From the NCBI GenBank assembly GCA_023391375.1, contig JAEWBB010000005.1, positions 56,165 through 120,164 of the forward strand: a DNA stretch of 64,000 bases, written 5' to 3'. The stretch comes from Pseudomonadota bacterium. GTDB taxonomy: Bacteria > Pseudomonadota > Alphaproteobacteria > Sphingomonadales > Sphingomonadaceae. Below are positions 9,079 through 19,722 of the stretch, one piece after another (within the stretch, counting starts at the first letter, position 1; each line of letters opens with the position of its first letter). A model generated the notes under the pieces. It did no database searches, was not told the origin of the DNA, and saw only the letters and a list, made by a program, of their open reading frames with translations. The position numbers and the translations under genes are program-made.

Positions 9079-10553
9079 CCGGTCGGCATCAGGCGGCCGC
9101 CCGGTTCGGTCGCCGCGTTGGCCCCTTCGATGCATTCGTCTTCGTCCGGCTCTTCTTCCATGTGCGCCGACTTCCACGTCCCACGCTTGTAATAGGCGAT
9201 GGCGAGGCCGAGGTTGACCAGCGTCGAGACCGGATAGCTGAGCCACAATGCGTCGGCGCCGAGGACCGGATGCGCCAGGTAGGCGAAGCCGAGCCGCACG
9301 GGAATCAGGCCGATGGCAAGGATGATCAGCGGCGCGACCACCGCCCCATTGGCGCGGACGGTCGCGAACAGCACCATGGTGACGCCGAACAGGAGGAAAC
9401 TCCATGTGGCCAGCAACTGGATGTGCCGCGCGATCGGCAGCGCCGGGCTGGCGCTTCCGAGGAATAGCTCGAGCGCCGGTCGGTCGGCGACCACCAGCAG
9501 GCCGACCATCACGCCGGTGACGACCAGCGTGGCGACGATGCCGGACTGGGTGATGCGCCCGACGCGGTCCCACTTGCCGGCGCCGATGTTCTGTGCCGCC
9601 ATCGCGCTGACTGCAGCGCCCACCGCCATCGCCGGCATCTGGATATATGTCCACAGCTGCATCGCGACGCCATAGGCGGCGGCGGTGTCGATCCCCTGCC
9701 GATTAACGAGGCCGAGCAGTGCCAGGCCTGAAGCCGAGACGACGATCATCTGCATGCCCATCGGCAGGCCCTTGGCGACGATCGTCTTGAGCAGCGCCGG
9801 GTCGGGCTTGAGGAACGACAGTTCAGCACCCCTCAGGCGTAGCGGCAGGTCGCGGATGTAGATGTAGGCGACGAGGGCGAGCAGCGCGGTGGTGTTGGCG
9901 ATCACCGTCGCCGTCGCCGCGCCGGCGATGCCGAGCTTCGGGAACGGCCCGATGCCGGCGATGAAGAAGGGGTTGAGTCCGCTGTCCAGCACGGCGGAGA
10001 TGATCATGAAATAGAGCGGCGTGATGCTGTCGCCCGACCCGCGGAGCGTCATCATCAGCATGACCAGCATCAGGCCGCCGGGCATCGAGAGGAAGATGAC
10101 GCGCAGGTAGGACAGCGCCAGCGGCCGCGCCGCCTCGGGCGTGGCGAGCAGCTGCAGCAGTTGCGGCGCGAAGATCCAGCCGAGGACGGCGATGGCCACG
10201 GCGGCCAGCGTGAAGCTGCCGATGGCGGTGCCCATCACCCGCCGCGCGCCCTCGACGTCCTTCCGTCCGAACGCTTGCCCGATGAGGATCGTCGCGGCCA
10301 TGCCGAAGCCGAACACGAACGACATCAAGAGGAACATCAGGAGGTTGGCATTGCTGGTCGCCGCCAGCGCGCCTTCGCCGAGGAAACGGCCGACCCACAC
10401 CGCATTGATCGACCCGTTGAGCGATTGCAGGACCGAGGAACCGAGCGTCGGCAGCGCGAACAGCGCCAGCGTCTTGAGGATCGGCCCTTCGGTCAGGTTA
10501 TGTTGTTTGGGCCCCTTACGGCGGGCGGGCGGTTCGGTCGTCGGCGCATGCAT
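9075..10553 (-). CDS. MATE family efflux transporter
   Basis: About 12 TM segments; LT.GPI, LRGSGDS.TP, GIAGAA.AT and AQNIGA motifs. Confidence 0.93.
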   Translation of the reverse strand: MHAPTTEPPARRKGPKQHNLTEGPILKTLALFALPTLGSSVLQSLNGSINAVWVGRFLGEGALAATSNANLLMFLLMSFVFGFGMAATILIGQAFGRKDVEGARRVMGTAIGSFTLAAVAIAVLGWIFAPQLLQLLATPEAARPLALSYLRVIFLSMPGGLMLVMLMMTLRGSGDSITPLYFMIISAVLDSGLNPFFIAGIGPFPKLGIAGAATATVIANTTALLALVAYIYIRDLPLRLRGAELSFLKPDPALLKTIVAKGLPMGMQMIVVSASGLALLGLVNRQGIDTAAAYGVAMQLWTYIQMPAMAVGAAVSAMAAQNIGAGKWDRVGRITQSGIVATLVVTGVMVGLLVVADRPALELFLGSASPALPIARHIQLLATWSFLLFGVTMVLFATVRANGAVVAPLIILAIGLIPVRLGFAYLAHPVLGADALWLSYPVSTLVNLGLAIAYYKRGTWKSAHMEEEPDEDECIEGANAATEPGGRLMPTG

Positions 10554-10587
10554 GGGTGGGTAATGCCCGGATGCGGCGATGGGTCCG

Positions 10588-13212
10588 TCAGCCGAGCCGC
10601 GCCAGCGCCGCCGACAGCCGCTCCGCTTCGGCCGCGCGGCTGTCGTGGTCCGCGCGGGCCTTCTCCACCGCTTCCGGCTTGGCGCGCTCTGTGAAGCTCG
10701 GGTTGCCGAGGCGGGCGGCCAGGCTGTCGCGTTCTTTCTGAGCCGCTTCGACCGCCTTCCTGAGCCGGCTGCGTTCGGCGTCGAGGTCGATCACGCCTTC
10801 CAGCGGCAGCGAATAGGTCGCGCCATCGACGACGACCTGCGCCGCGCCCGTGCCGTCGAACGCGGACAGCTGGATCGATTCCAGCCGCGCGAGGCGCTGA
10901 AGCGCGACGAATTGGCGGTCGAGCCGGCCCGCGGCCGCGTCGTCCGCTTCGCCCGCGAACAGGTGAAGCTTGGCCGACGGCGGCACGTTCAGTTCGGTGC
11001 GGGCCGAGCGGACTTCGGTGACGAGGCGGATCAGCCAGTCGAGTTCGGCCTTGGCCTCGCGGTCCGCCTTCGCTTCCGGTGCGGGCCATTTGGCGACGAT
11101 CATGTCGTACGGACGAGCCCCCATCGCGTGCCACAGCTCTTCGGTGACGAACGGCATGAACGGGTGGAGCATGACGAGGATCTGGTCGAACGCCCAGGCG
11201 GCGACGGCCTTGGTTTCCTCGTCCCAATTGCCCTTCACCAACTCGACATACCAGTCGCAGAAGGTGCCCCAGGTGAAGTGGTAAATGGCGTCGGCCATGC
11301 CGTCGAAGCGCAACTCGTCGAACGCCTTGTTGAGGCGGCCCAAGGTATCGACCACTTCGCCGATAATCCAGCGGTTGACCGGCAGCTTGGCCTCGGGCGC
11401 GGCGATGCTCTGGCTCGCGCCCACGCCGTTGCCCTGCAGGAAGCGCGCGGCGTTCCACAGCTTGGTGGCGAAGTTGCGGTAGCCCTCGACCCGCTTTTCA
11501 TCGAGCTTAATGTCTCGGCCCTGGCTTTCCATCGCGGCCAGCGTGAAGCGCAGCGCGTCGGCACCGTACTTGTCGATCAGGCCCAGCGGGTCGACGACAT
11601 TGCCCTTCGACTTGGACATCTTCGCGCCCTTGTCGTCGCGGACCAGGCCGTGGAGGTAGAGCGTCTTCCACGGGCGTTCGCCCATGAATTCGAAGCCCTG
11701 CATCGCCATGCGGGCGTCCCAGAAGAAGATGATGTCGAAACCCGAGATGAGGACGTCGTTCGGGTAGTGCCGCTTCAGGTCGTGGGTTTGCTCCGGCCAG
11801 CCGAGCGTCGCGAACGGCCACAGGGCGGACGAGAACCAGGTGTCGAGCACGTCCTCGTCACGGCGAAGCGATACGCCCGCGCCGGCCTGCTCTTGCGCCT
11901 CCTCAACGGTTTCCGCGACGAAAACGTTGCCAGCATCATCATACCACGCCGGAATGCGGTGGCCCCACCAAAGCTGGCGCGAGACGCACCAGGGCTGGAT
12001 GTTCTCGAGCCAGTTGAACCAGGTCTTCTTCCAGGTTTCCGGCACGACGGCGATCTCTCCCGAGCGCACCGCCTCGATCGCCGGCTTGGCCAACGTCTCG
12101 GCATCGACATACCATTGGTCGGTCAGCCACGGCTCGATCACCACGCCCGAACGGTCGCCGTAGGGCGTCGCGATGGTGCGGTCCTCGACCTTGACCAGCG
12201 CGCCCTCCGCGTCGAGCCGCGCGACGACTTCCTTGCGCGCGTCGAAGCGGTCCATGCCGATCAGGTCGGCGGGGATCAGGCCGTCGGCTGTCTGGGTCAC
12301 GCTGCCATGCGCGTCGAGCATGTTGAGCATCTCGGCCGGCTTGAACCCGGCGCGCTTGCCCACCTCGAAATCGTTGAAGTCGTGGCCCGGCGTGATCTTC
12401 ACCGCGCCCGAGCCCAGCTCCGGATCGGCATGTTCGTCGGTGACGATGGGGATGAGGCGGCCGGTGATCGGCTGCTTCAGCTTCTTGCCGATCATCGCCG
12501 CATAGCGCGCGTCATCGGGATGCACCGCGACGGCCATATCGGCCAGCATCGTCTCGGGGCGCGTGGTGGCGACCTCGATATGGCCCGAGCCGTCCTCCAG
12601 CGGATAGCGCAGGGTCCAGAACTTGCCGGCGGTGTCGCGGGTCTCGACCTCAAGGTCGGAGATGGCGGTCTGGAACTTCGGATCCCAGTTCACGAGGCGC
12701 TTGTCGCGGTAGAGCAGCTTGCGCTTGTAGAGCTCGACGAACACCTTGAGCACCGCGGCCGAGAAGCCCGGATCCATCGTGAAGCGCTCGTTGGCCCAGT
12801 CGCACGACGCGCCGAGGCGGCGCAGCTGGCCGGTGATCTGGCCGCCGCTTTCGTGCTTCCACTCCCACACGCGCTCGACGAATTCGTCGCGGGTGAAGTC
12901 GGTGCGCTTCTTCTGCTGGAGGTCTAGCTGGCGCTCCACCACCATCTGGGTCGCGATGCCGGCATGGTCGGTGCCGACCACCCACAGCGCGTCCTTGCCG
13001 TCCATCCGCGCGCGGCGGATCAGTACGTCCTGCAGCGTATTGTCGAGCGCGTGGCCGATATGGAGCGAGCCGGTGACGTTCGGCGGCGGCATGACGATGG
13101 TATAGGGAACGGCCTCGTCCCGCGCCGGGCGGAACAGCCCCTCCCCTTCCCAATGGGCATACCAGCGGGCCTCGATCGGGCCGGGTTCGAACGTCTTGGC
13201 AAGTTCGGTCAT
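10588..13212 (-). CDS. valS: Valine--tRNA ligase
   Basis: [29 protein letters not shown] and the C-terminal coiled-coil arm. Confidence 0.98.
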   Translation of the reverse strand: MTELAKTFEPGPIEARWYAHWEGEGLFRPARDEAVPYTIVMPPPNVTGSLHIGHALDNTLQDVLIRRARMDGKDALWVVGTDHAGIATQMVVERQLDLQQKKRTDFTRDEFVERVWEWKHESGGQITGQLRRLGASCDWANERFTMDPGFSAAVLKVFVELYKRKLLYRDKRLVNWDPKFQTAISDLEVETRDTAGKFWTLRYPLEDGSGHIEVATTRPETMLADMAVAVHPDDARYAAMIGKKLKQPITGRLIPIVTDEHADPELGSGAVKITPGHDFNDFEVGKRAGFKPAEMLNMLDAHGSVTQTADGLIPADLIGMDRFDARKEVVARLDAEGALVKVEDRTIATPYGDRSGVVIEPWLTDQWYVDAETLAKPAIEAVRSGEIAVVPETWKKTWFNWLENIQPWCVSRQLWWGHRIPAWYDDAGNVFVAETVEEAQEQAGAGVSLRRDEDVLDTWFSSALWPFATLGWPEQTHDLKRHYPNDVLISGFDIIFFWDARMAMQGFEFMGERPWKTLYLHGLVRDDKGAKMSKSKGNVVDPLGLIDKYGADALRFTLAAMESQGRDIKLDEKRVEGYRNFATKLWNAARFLQGNGVGASQSIAAPEAKLPVNRWIIGEVVDTLGRLNKAFDELRFDGMADAIYHFTWGTFCDWYVELVKGNWDEETKAVAAWAFDQILVMLHPFMPFVTEELWHAMGARPYDMIVAKWPAPEAKADREAKAELDWLIRLVTEVRSARTELNVPPSAKLHLFAGEADDAAAGRLDRQFVALQRLARLESIQLSAFDGTGAAQVVVDGATYSLPLEGVIDLDAERSRLRKAVEAAQKERDSLAARLGNPSFTERAKPEAVEKARADHDSRAAEAERLSAALARLG

Positions 13213-13262
13213 GGCTTGGCGGTTAGCCGCGCCTTCGCGCGTGCACAACCGTCATGCCATGC

Positions 13263-15314
13263 CTAGCGCGCGGCGCCCTTGCCCATCCATCGTTCCTGCC
13301 AGCCGAACACCTCGTCGTACCACTGGATCGAGTTCTTCGGCTTCAGCACCCAGTGATTTTCGTCCGGGAAGACCATCAGCCGCGAAGGAATGTTCCTGCG
13401 CTGGAGGGCGGTGAAGGCGGCGATGCCCTGCGTGTAAGGAATGCGGAAGTCCTTTTCGCCGGTGATGACCAGCATCGGCGTCTTCCACTTGGCGACGAAG
13501 TTGACCGGATTGAACCGCTCGAACGCCTTGGGATCCTCGTAATAGGTCTTGCCCCCATGCTCCCACTCGTCGAACCACAGTTCTTCGGTTTCATAAGCCA
13601 TGGCGCGGGCGTCGAACACGCCGTCGTGCTGGACGATGCAGTTGAACCGGTCGGGCCAGTTCCCCTCGATCCAGTTCATCATGTAGCCGCCGTAGCTGGC
13701 ACCGAGCGCACAGGCCTTTTTCTCGTCGAGCTGCGGGTCGTGGCTGATCGCGTAGGCGAGCCCCTTCTTGAGGTCTTCGAGCGGCGCGCCGCCCCAATCG
13801 TTGCTGATGGAGTCGGTGAACTTCTGCCCGTAACCGGTCGACCCGTGGAAATCGACGCTGACCACGGCATAGCCAGGCGCCGAAAACAGGCGCGGGTTCC
13901 AGCGATAGCTCCAGGCGTTGCCGAAGCTGCCCTGCGGTCCGCCGTGGACGACGAACGAGATCGGCAGCTTGCCGGTCAGCTTCGTCGGCTTGACCTTCAT
14001 CCCCCAGACGGTCTCGTTCTTCGCGCCCTGGAAGCTGAACTTTTCGAAGCTGACCGGATCGAGCTGCGCGAGCAACGCGCGGTTGACGTTGGTGAGCTGG
14101 CTGACCTTCCCGGTGGCGGTGACGCGGTAGAGGTCGTCCGGCGCCATCACGCTGTTCTGGGTGAACAGCGCGCCGCCATCCTTCAGCGGCACGATGTTGC
14201 CGCTATGGCCGCTGGTCGTCAGGCGCGTGATCTTGCCGCTCGCGACATCGACCCGCCACACCGGCGTTTCCATGATGTCGTCGGCGGTGACGAAGATCGA
14301 GCGGCCGTCGCTGGCCCAGGCGATCGAGCCGACCGAGCGGTCCCACGCTTGGGTCAGCGGGCGGGTGGCGCCAGTCGCGAGGTCACGGACCATCAGCACC
14401 TGGCGATCGGCCTCGAAGGTCGGGCGGGCCATGGCGAAATAGGCGAGGCTGCGGCCGTCGGGCGACAGCGTCGGCAGATTGTCGGTCGCGTCGTTGGCGT
14501 CGGTCAGGTTGGTCGGCGGGGCCGATCCGTCCGCTGGCGCCATGAAAATGTCGAGGTTGGTCGACGTGGCTTCGATCCGGCCTGCTTCGCGAAGGGCGAA
14601 ATAGACCGTCTTGCCATCCGGCGAGACGGCGATTTCTTCGCCGCCGCCATAGGGCTTCGACGGCGTATCGCCGACGAGCGGACCGGTAACGCGGGTTCCG
14701 CCTCCGGTCAGCTTGCCGCCAGCAACGGGGAAGCTGAAGATGCGGCTCTTCACGCCCGGTTCGGCCCAGGTGTCCCAGTGGCGCACGAACAGCTGATCGT
14801 AGGTGCGGCCCGAACCTTCCGCCTTGGCCGGGAAAGTGGTCGCCGTGCAGCCAAGGTCGGGGCAATCCCTGGTGTCCGCCCAGACGACGACGCGGCTGCC
14901 GTCGGCGCTGACCTTGAAGCCCGAAACGTCGGCGCCGAAGTCGCTCAGGACCGTGGGCTTGCCGCCCGCCGCCATGCGGTGGAGCTGGTCGCGCTCGCCC
15001 ACGGACGCAAGGTACCAGATGGCGCCATCCGCTCCGTAGACCGCGTCGTGGGCGCCCTTGGTCAGGCCCTTGACTTCGACCGGCTGCGCGCCGGCCTTGG
15101 TCAGGTCGAGGCTGTAGAGCGCGTTGTTGCGCTTGTTCTTTGCAAGGTCGGTGGTCGACAGGGTGAAGATGGCGGTCTTGCCGTCGGGCGACACGCTGGG
15201 GGCGCCCATGCGGCGCATGTTGTGCATGTCGGTGGCGGTCATCGGCCGGGCGATGGCGGGCGTTGCGGCGATGAGGGCGGAAGCCGCGACGGCGGCGCAA
15301 AGGAGCTTCTTCAT
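13263..15314 (-). CDS. S9 family (prolyl oligopeptidase-like) secreted peptidase
   Basis: Signal peptide, beta-propeller repeats, and catalytic triad motifs HGGPQG, GASYGG, DFRIP and DENHW. Confidence 0.93.
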   Translation of the reverse strand: MKKLLCAAVAASALIAATPAIARPMTATDMHNMRRMGAPSVSPDGKTAIFTLSTTDLAKNKRNNALYSLDLTKAGAQPVEVKGLTKGAHDAVYGADGAIWYLASVGERDQLHRMAAGGKPTVLSDFGADVSGFKVSADGSRVVVWADTRDCPDLGCTATTFPAKAEGSGRTYDQLFVRHWDTWAEPGVKSRIFSFPVAGGKLTGGGTRVTGPLVGDTPSKPYGGGEEIAVSPDGKTVYFALREAGRIEATSTNLDIFMAPADGSAPPTNLTDANDATDNLPTLSPDGRSLAYFAMARPTFEADRQVLMVRDLATGATRPLTQAWDRSVGSIAWASDGRSIFVTADDIMETPVWRVDVASGKITRLTTSGHSGNIVPLKDGGALFTQNSVMAPDDLYRVTATGKVSQLTNVNRALLAQLDPVSFEKFSFQGAKNETVWGMKVKPTKLTGKLPISFVVHGGPQGSFGNAWSYRWNPRLFSAPGYAVVSVDFHGSTGYGQKFTDSISNDWGGAPLEDLKKGLAYAISHDPQLDEKKACALGASYGGYMMNWIEGNWPDRFNCIVQHDGVFDARAMAYETEELWFDEWEHGGKTYYEDPKAFERFNPVNFVAKWKTPMLVITGEKDFRIPYTQGIAAFTALQRRNIPSRLMVFPDENHWVLKPKNSIQWYDEVFGWQERWMGKGAAR

Positions 15315-15363
15315 GGCCGAGGGCTAGCAAGGCCCGGGGCGGCGCGCGAGTCCGAAGCGTGGT

Positions 15364-15825
15364 TTAGAGGGGCTTACCCGTAATTCGACTGATTTCGCGC
15401 TTCACATGCTCGTCGACGATCTGAGGGAGGTTGTCGTCGAGCCATTGCTTGAGGATGGGGCGCAGCATGTCGCGCACCACGTCTTCCAGCGGGTTGGCGG
15501 ACGGGGCCGGTGGCGGCGCCGCTGCAGCGATGCTGGCGAGCTGCTCCAGGCGCGCTCGGCTCTGGTCGGCGGCGCGTTCCTCCACCAGTGGCGGGCCGAA
15601 GTCGACCGGCTCCAGCTCGGGCGCGGGCGGCGGCGCGGCCTGCTCCATCTCCTCGCCCAGTTCGAGGACATCGTCCTCCTCGTCGTCGGCAATGCCCTGG
15701 ATCGTGGGCGAAAAGTCGACCTCGCGCGGCGCCGGCGGGGCGGCGGCACGAATTTCCTTTTCTTCCGCGATCACCTTCTTGATCGAGGCGAGGATGTCTT
15801 CCATCGACGGTTCGCGCTGGCTCAT
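15364..15825 (-). CDS. popZ: Polar organizing protein PopZ (DUF2497)
   Basis: N-terminal EPSMEDILASIKKVI, acidic/Pro linker and C-terminal LEDVVRDMLRPILKQWLDDNLP; located between tolC and valS. Confidence 0.9.
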   Translation of the reverse strand: MSQREPSMEDILASIKKVIAEEKEIRAAAPPAPREVDFSPTIQGIADDEEDDVLELGEEMEQAAPPPAPELEPVDFGPPLVEERAADQSRARLEQLASIAAAAPPPAPSANPLEDVVRDMLRPILKQWLDDNLPQIVDEHVKREISRITGKPL

Positions 15826-15867
15826 GAGCGTGTCTTGCCGAGGAATCCGGCCAAAGTCACGCCCCTG

Positions 15868-17340
15868 TTACGGGCGCGGCTGGCCCGTCGCACTGACCGG
15901 CTGTGCGGCCGGCAGCGGCTGCTCGGCGACCGTCACCGTGCTGGTCGCGACCGGGTCGTGGCGCGGATGGGACGCCCAGTCGTTCCAGTTGCCGGCGACG
16001 CTGCGGTAATTGCCCAGCGGGTCGTACAGCGGTCCGCCGTCGAGCCCGAGGTCACGCGCTTCGGCCTGGCCCATCGCATTGAGCAGATTGAAGCCGGCGA
16101 CATATTCGTCGCGGCGCGCGGTCACGAGGGCGACCTGGCTGTTGAGCAATTCCTGTTCGGCGTTCAGCACGTCGAGGATGGTGCGGGTGCCGACGCTGTT
16201 CTCGGCGCGGGCGCCTTCCAGCGCCAGCTCGTTGGCCTTGACCGCTTCCTGGTTGGACGCGATCGCCAGCTTGGCCGCCTGCCAGGTGGCGAAGGCCGAG
16301 CGGGTGGTCGCGACGACCGCGCGCTCGGTGCCGATCCGCTGTTCGAGCAGCTGGCCTTCCTGGGCGCGCGCCTGCGCGGTGCGGGCCGCGGGAAGGCCGC
16401 CCTGATAGAGCGGGATACGGCCCTGCACGCCGATCGAGGTGGCGGTACCGCTTTGCGGGTTGGCCTGCCCGGTGACCGGGTTCGTCCCGTTGTCCGGGAA
16501 GGAATAGGCATAGTCGCCCGACGCGATGCCCGACACGGTCGGCAGGCGCGAGGCCTCAGCGACACGGACGTCGTAACCGGCGGCGCGGCCCGCCGCGGTG
16601 ATCGAGATGAGGTCGGGGTTGCTGGCCAGCGCGATCTGCACCGCCTGGTCGGCACTGACCGGCAACGGCGGCAGCGGCGGCGGCGAGGCGAGATCGCCCG
16701 GCGCCTTGCCGACGACGCGGCGATAGTTTTGCTCGCTGGTCGTCAGCCGGCCCTCGGCCGCGGCGAGGTTCGACTTGCCGAGCGACAAGCGCGCCTCCGA
16801 CTGGGCTACGTCGGTGCGGGTGAGGTCGCCGATCTGGAAGCGGTCGCTGGTCGCCTGGTAGTTGGTCTGGAGGACCTTCACCTGGTTGCGATTGAGCTCG
16901 ACGATCGCGCGGTCGCGGATCACGTCCATGTAGGCCGCGACGGCTTCGGCGAAGACGTCGCCTTCCACCGCGCGCAACGTGGCGCGGCCCGCTTCGACGC
17001 GGGTTTCCGCAGCCTGCACGCCGTTACGGACGCTGCCGCCGTTGAACAGCGGGTAGCTGAGGTCGACGCCGCCGTTCAGGAACGGCCCCTTGCTGCCGGT
17101 GCGGCGAAGCGTGCCGGCCGAGGTGATGTCACGGCTGACGCCAACCGTTCCCGTCACCGACGGTCGGCCGGCGGCGCGCGCGATGGCGACGCCGGCATCG
17201 GTCGACTTCAACGCTTCACGCTGGGCGGTCAGCGTCGGGTTCGACGCATAGGCCATGTTCAGCGCTTCGCGAAGCGTGTCGGCGGCGGCGGGGGCGGCCA
17301 GCGCGAAGGCGCTGGCGGCAATCAGGAAGGATGTACGCAT
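15868..17340 (-). CDS. tolC: TolC family outer membrane channel
   Basis: Signal peptide; TLREAL...NP.L, TRTDVAQSEAR and GTRTILDVLNAEQEL motifs. Confidence 0.93.
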   Translation of the reverse strand: MRTSFLIAASAFALAAPAAADTLREALNMAYASNPTLTAQREALKSTDAGVAIARAAGRPSVTGTVGVSRDITSAGTLRRTGSKGPFLNGGVDLSYPLFNGGSVRNGVQAAETRVEAGRATLRAVEGDVFAEAVAAYMDVIRDRAIVELNRNQVKVLQTNYQATSDRFQIGDLTRTDVAQSEARLSLGKSNLAAAEGRLTTSEQNYRRVVGKAPGDLASPPPLPPLPVSADQAVQIALASNPDLISITAAGRAAGYDVRVAEASRLPTVSGIASGDYAYSFPDNGTNPVTGQANPQSGTATSIGVQGRIPLYQGGLPAARTAQARAQEGQLLEQRIGTERAVVATTRSAFATWQAAKLAIASNQEAVKANELALEGARAENSVGTRTILDVLNAEQELLNSQVALVTARRDEYVAGFNLLNAMGQAEARDLGLDGGPLYDPLGNYRSVAGNWNDWASHPRHDPVATSTVTVAEQPLPAAQPVSATGQPRP

Positions 17341-17897
17341 CAGAATGAGAATGCCTGCGGATGGGTGAAACCGGCGAGAAGCGGAACGTCGGCGTCGGCG
17401 AAAGCGCGAAGGCCGGCGCCGGTGCCGATGGAAAGGCGGGTGACGCCGCGATCGGCGACGGCGGCGGCCAGGCGGCCCCCCGGGGCGAGCGCCCGATCGA
17501 GCGCCTGCGGCACGTGCTCGACCGCGCCCTCGATGAGAATGACGTCGAACGGACCCTTGGGCGCCTCGGCAATGTCGAGGCCGACTTCCGACACGCTTGC
17601 GCCGAGGTTGGCGAGGATCGCGGCGGCGTAGCCGGTCGAGCCGACCACCAGCGCGGTCTCGCCGGCCTTGACGACCAGCGCCTCGATCAGCTGGCCCAGC
17701 GCCGCCGGACTCATCATCCAGCGGCCGTCGCGGAGCGCGATCGAGCGGTCGAAATAGGCAAAGGCGCGGGCGCGTTCCGGCACGAACTGTTCGCGCGGCA
17801 CGCTGGCGAAGGCGGTCAGCACGGCGGGGTCGCTGACGCCCTGCGGCTTGAGCTGGCTGTCGACCATCGCCCTGCGCTGGATCATCGTTTCGGTCAT
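17340..17897 (-). CDS. pcm: Protein-L-isoaspartate O-methyltransferase-like protein (short form)
   Basis: RRAMVDSQL.P.GV, VPRE.FVP, PFDVILIEGAV and GGRL motifs; coupled to tolC. Confidence 0.85.
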   Translation of the reverse strand: MTETMIQRRAMVDSQLKPQGVSDPAVLTAFASVPREQFVPERARAFAYFDRSIALRDGRWMMSPAALGQLIEALVVKAGETALVVGSTGYAAAILANLGASVSEVGLDIAEAPKGPFDVILIEGAVEHVPQALDRALAPGGRLAAAVADRGVTRLSIGTGAGLRAFADADVPLLAGFTHPQAFSF

Positions 17898-17911
17898 TCG
17901 GTTCCTTTCGG

Positions 17912-17941
17912 GTCGCTGTCATATGGGACTATGACAGCGAC
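17912..17941. promoter_or_regulatory. Perfect 12-bp inverted repeat, candidate operator of pcm-tolC
   Basis: GTCGCTGTCATA-TGGGAC-TATGACAGCGAC just upstream of the pcm RBS. Confidence 0.6.
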
Positions 17942-18059
17942 GCTTCAACCGCGTCATATCGCCGGGGGCCGCGAAGGCCAAGCGCCCTCTCCCCCATTCG
18001 TCGAAACCAAGTGGTTGACAAGCGAAGGCCGCGCCCGCAATGCCGCGCCACCGCTCGGT

Positions 18060-18133
18060 GGCCCGATGGCGGAGTGGTGACGCAGAGGACTGCAAATCCT
18101 TGCACGCCGGTTCGATTCCGGCTCGGGCCTCCA
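18060..18133 (+). tRNA. tRNA-Cys(GCA)
   Basis: GGCCCGATGGCGGAGTGGTGACGCAGAGGACTGCAAATCCTTGCACGCCGGTTCGATTCCGGCTCGGGCCTCCA (74 nt); TTGACA at 18015 upstream. Confidence 0.97.
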
Positions 18134-18233
18134 TTTTTCCTGACGATAGCCGCGATGCAAGAAGGGCCGACGCACGAAGCGCCGACCCTTCCCTGGGAGA
18201 TCGTGTCCCCCCGGTTTTGAAGCCTTTCGGCTC

Positions 18234-19532
18234 CTAGTTCATCGCCGTCGCCGCACCGTCACGGTTGTAGACGTCGTTGATGTAGTTGAGCTGGCCGTTC
18301 TGCTCGGCCACCGTCAGGTAGGTAACGAACACCGGGACGCCCTTGTCGAGCTTGACGATCTGCTCGGGCGAGCTTTCCGGCGCGCTCGGCATCCCGCCCA
18401 TCAGGAAGCGCGCCAGCCTCGGCGCATCCTCGAGGCGGACGCAGCCGTTCGACAGGGTGCGGTCCGACTTGGCGAACAGCTCCTTGTTCGGGGTATCGTG
18501 GAGATAGATGCCCTCGCCATTGGCGAAGTAGAACTTGATCTTGCCCATGGCGTTGGTCGGCCCGGGAAGCTGGCGCACCTTCGCCTCCGACGTACCGGCG
18601 GCGACCGCCTTCCAGTCGACTTCGGACACCGGCACGACGCGGGCGTTGTCGTTCCACTCGCTGACGACCTCGTAGCCCTGGCGCTTCATATAGGCTTCGC
18701 CCTGCTTAGCCGCGCGCGGCGCGATCGTCTCGCGGACAAGGTGGTCCGGCACATGCCAGTAGGGATTGAGCGCGGCATAATAGATCATGCTGCTGATCAT
18801 CGGCGTGGCGTACTGCGGCTTGCCGACGACGACCTTCATCTGGTCGACCAGTTGGCCGTTCTCGTACATCATCAGGTTCTGCGAGGCGGTGTCGACCAGC
18901 ACGAAGCGCCCTTCGGCCGGAAGCGCGCGGACCCGCGACAAATTGTCGAGAACACGGCCGGGCGTACGCTGCCCCTTCGCCTCGTAGGTGGAAATCGCGG
19001 CCGAGCGCATCCGCTCGTAGACGGCATTGCCCATCGCTTCCGACCGGATGTAGCCGACATCCGACGGCGCGCGGCCCGCGTCGTAAAGAATGCGCTCAAC
19101 CGGCTTGGGACGCGGGGTAACGCGCTGGTCGCCGTAGATGACGCCGTTGATCGGTGCTTCGAGGTTGCGGACGTAACGGGTCCAGGCCTTGCTGATCACC
19201 TTGTCGGCCTCGAGCCGGGCGGCAGGGGTCGCCGCACTGGCGAGGGCGGCGCGGATTTCGGCGGCCCGGGCGGGCCCTTCGCCGAACCCGTCCAGGTCGG
19301 CATGCTCGAGCCGTTCGGCGATCAGGGTGGCGGCGCCGGTGCCCTTGTCGAGCCAGATCAGGCGATTGCCGTTGGCCGCATAATAGCGTTCGACATTGTC
19401 GGCGACGGGCGCATTGGCGGCCGCGATCGAGGCGGTGACGGCCGCATTCGCGACCAGTTCGGCGTGGATGGGTGCGGTTGCCAGCAGCGCCAACGCGCTC
19501 GCAAACCCGATCTTGAGGATCGGTTTCACCAT
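18234..19532 (-). CDS. L,D-transpeptidase (YcbB/LdtD-like)
   Basis: Signal peptide; MKVVVGK, LNPYWHVP, QLPGPTNAMG.IKF, IYLHDTP and SNGCVRL motifs. Confidence 0.9.
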   Translation of the reverse strand: MVKPILKIGFASALALLATAPIHAELVANAAVTASIAAANAPVADNVERYYAANGNRLIWLDKGTGAATLIAERLEHADLDGFGEGPARAAEIRAALASAATPAARLEADKVISKAWTRYVRNLEAPINGVIYGDQRVTPRPKPVERILYDAGRAPSDVGYIRSEAMGNAVYERMRSAAISTYEAKGQRTPGRVLDNLSRVRALPAEGRFVLVDTASQNLMMYENGQLVDQMKVVVGKPQYATPMISSMIYYAALNPYWHVPDHLVRETIAPRAAKQGEAYMKRQGYEVVSEWNDNARVVPVSEVDWKAVAAGTSEAKVRQLPGPTNAMGKIKFYFANGEGIYLHDTPNKELFAKSDRTLSNGCVRLEDAPRLARFLMGGMPSAPESSPEQIVKLDKGVPVFVTYLTVAEQNGQLNYINDVYNRDGAATAMN

Positions 19533-19558
19533 GTCTCTCCCAGGGTATTTCGTTTCGC

Positions 19559-19574
19559 GGTCAACGCGTTGACC
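19559..19574. promoter_or_regulatory. Perfect 16-bp palindrome in a divergent intergenic region
   Basis: GGTCAACGCGTTGACC, about 27 bp upstream of the L,D-transpeptidase ATG. Confidence 0.45.
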
Positions 19575-19722
19575 AAGAGCGGGTTTCAAGCGCGCAGCAG
19601 ATTTTTTCCCTAGCACGCCCAGCCTCCCTTCTCCAGAGCGGTAAGACTGCGACAATTGGGTCACATTCTCGTTCCCGCCCGGCCGATTGCGTGCCAGTAT
19701 CCAGAAGCTAGGTTTTCCAAAC

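Noticed and set aside
10579..17631. Long plus-strand ORFs (10579..12927, 13254..15383, 15406..17631)
   Set aside because: Antisense shadows of valS, the S9 peptidase and tolC/popZ, caused by high-GC codon bias; no recognisable motifs. The same applies to most other overlapping ORFs in the track.
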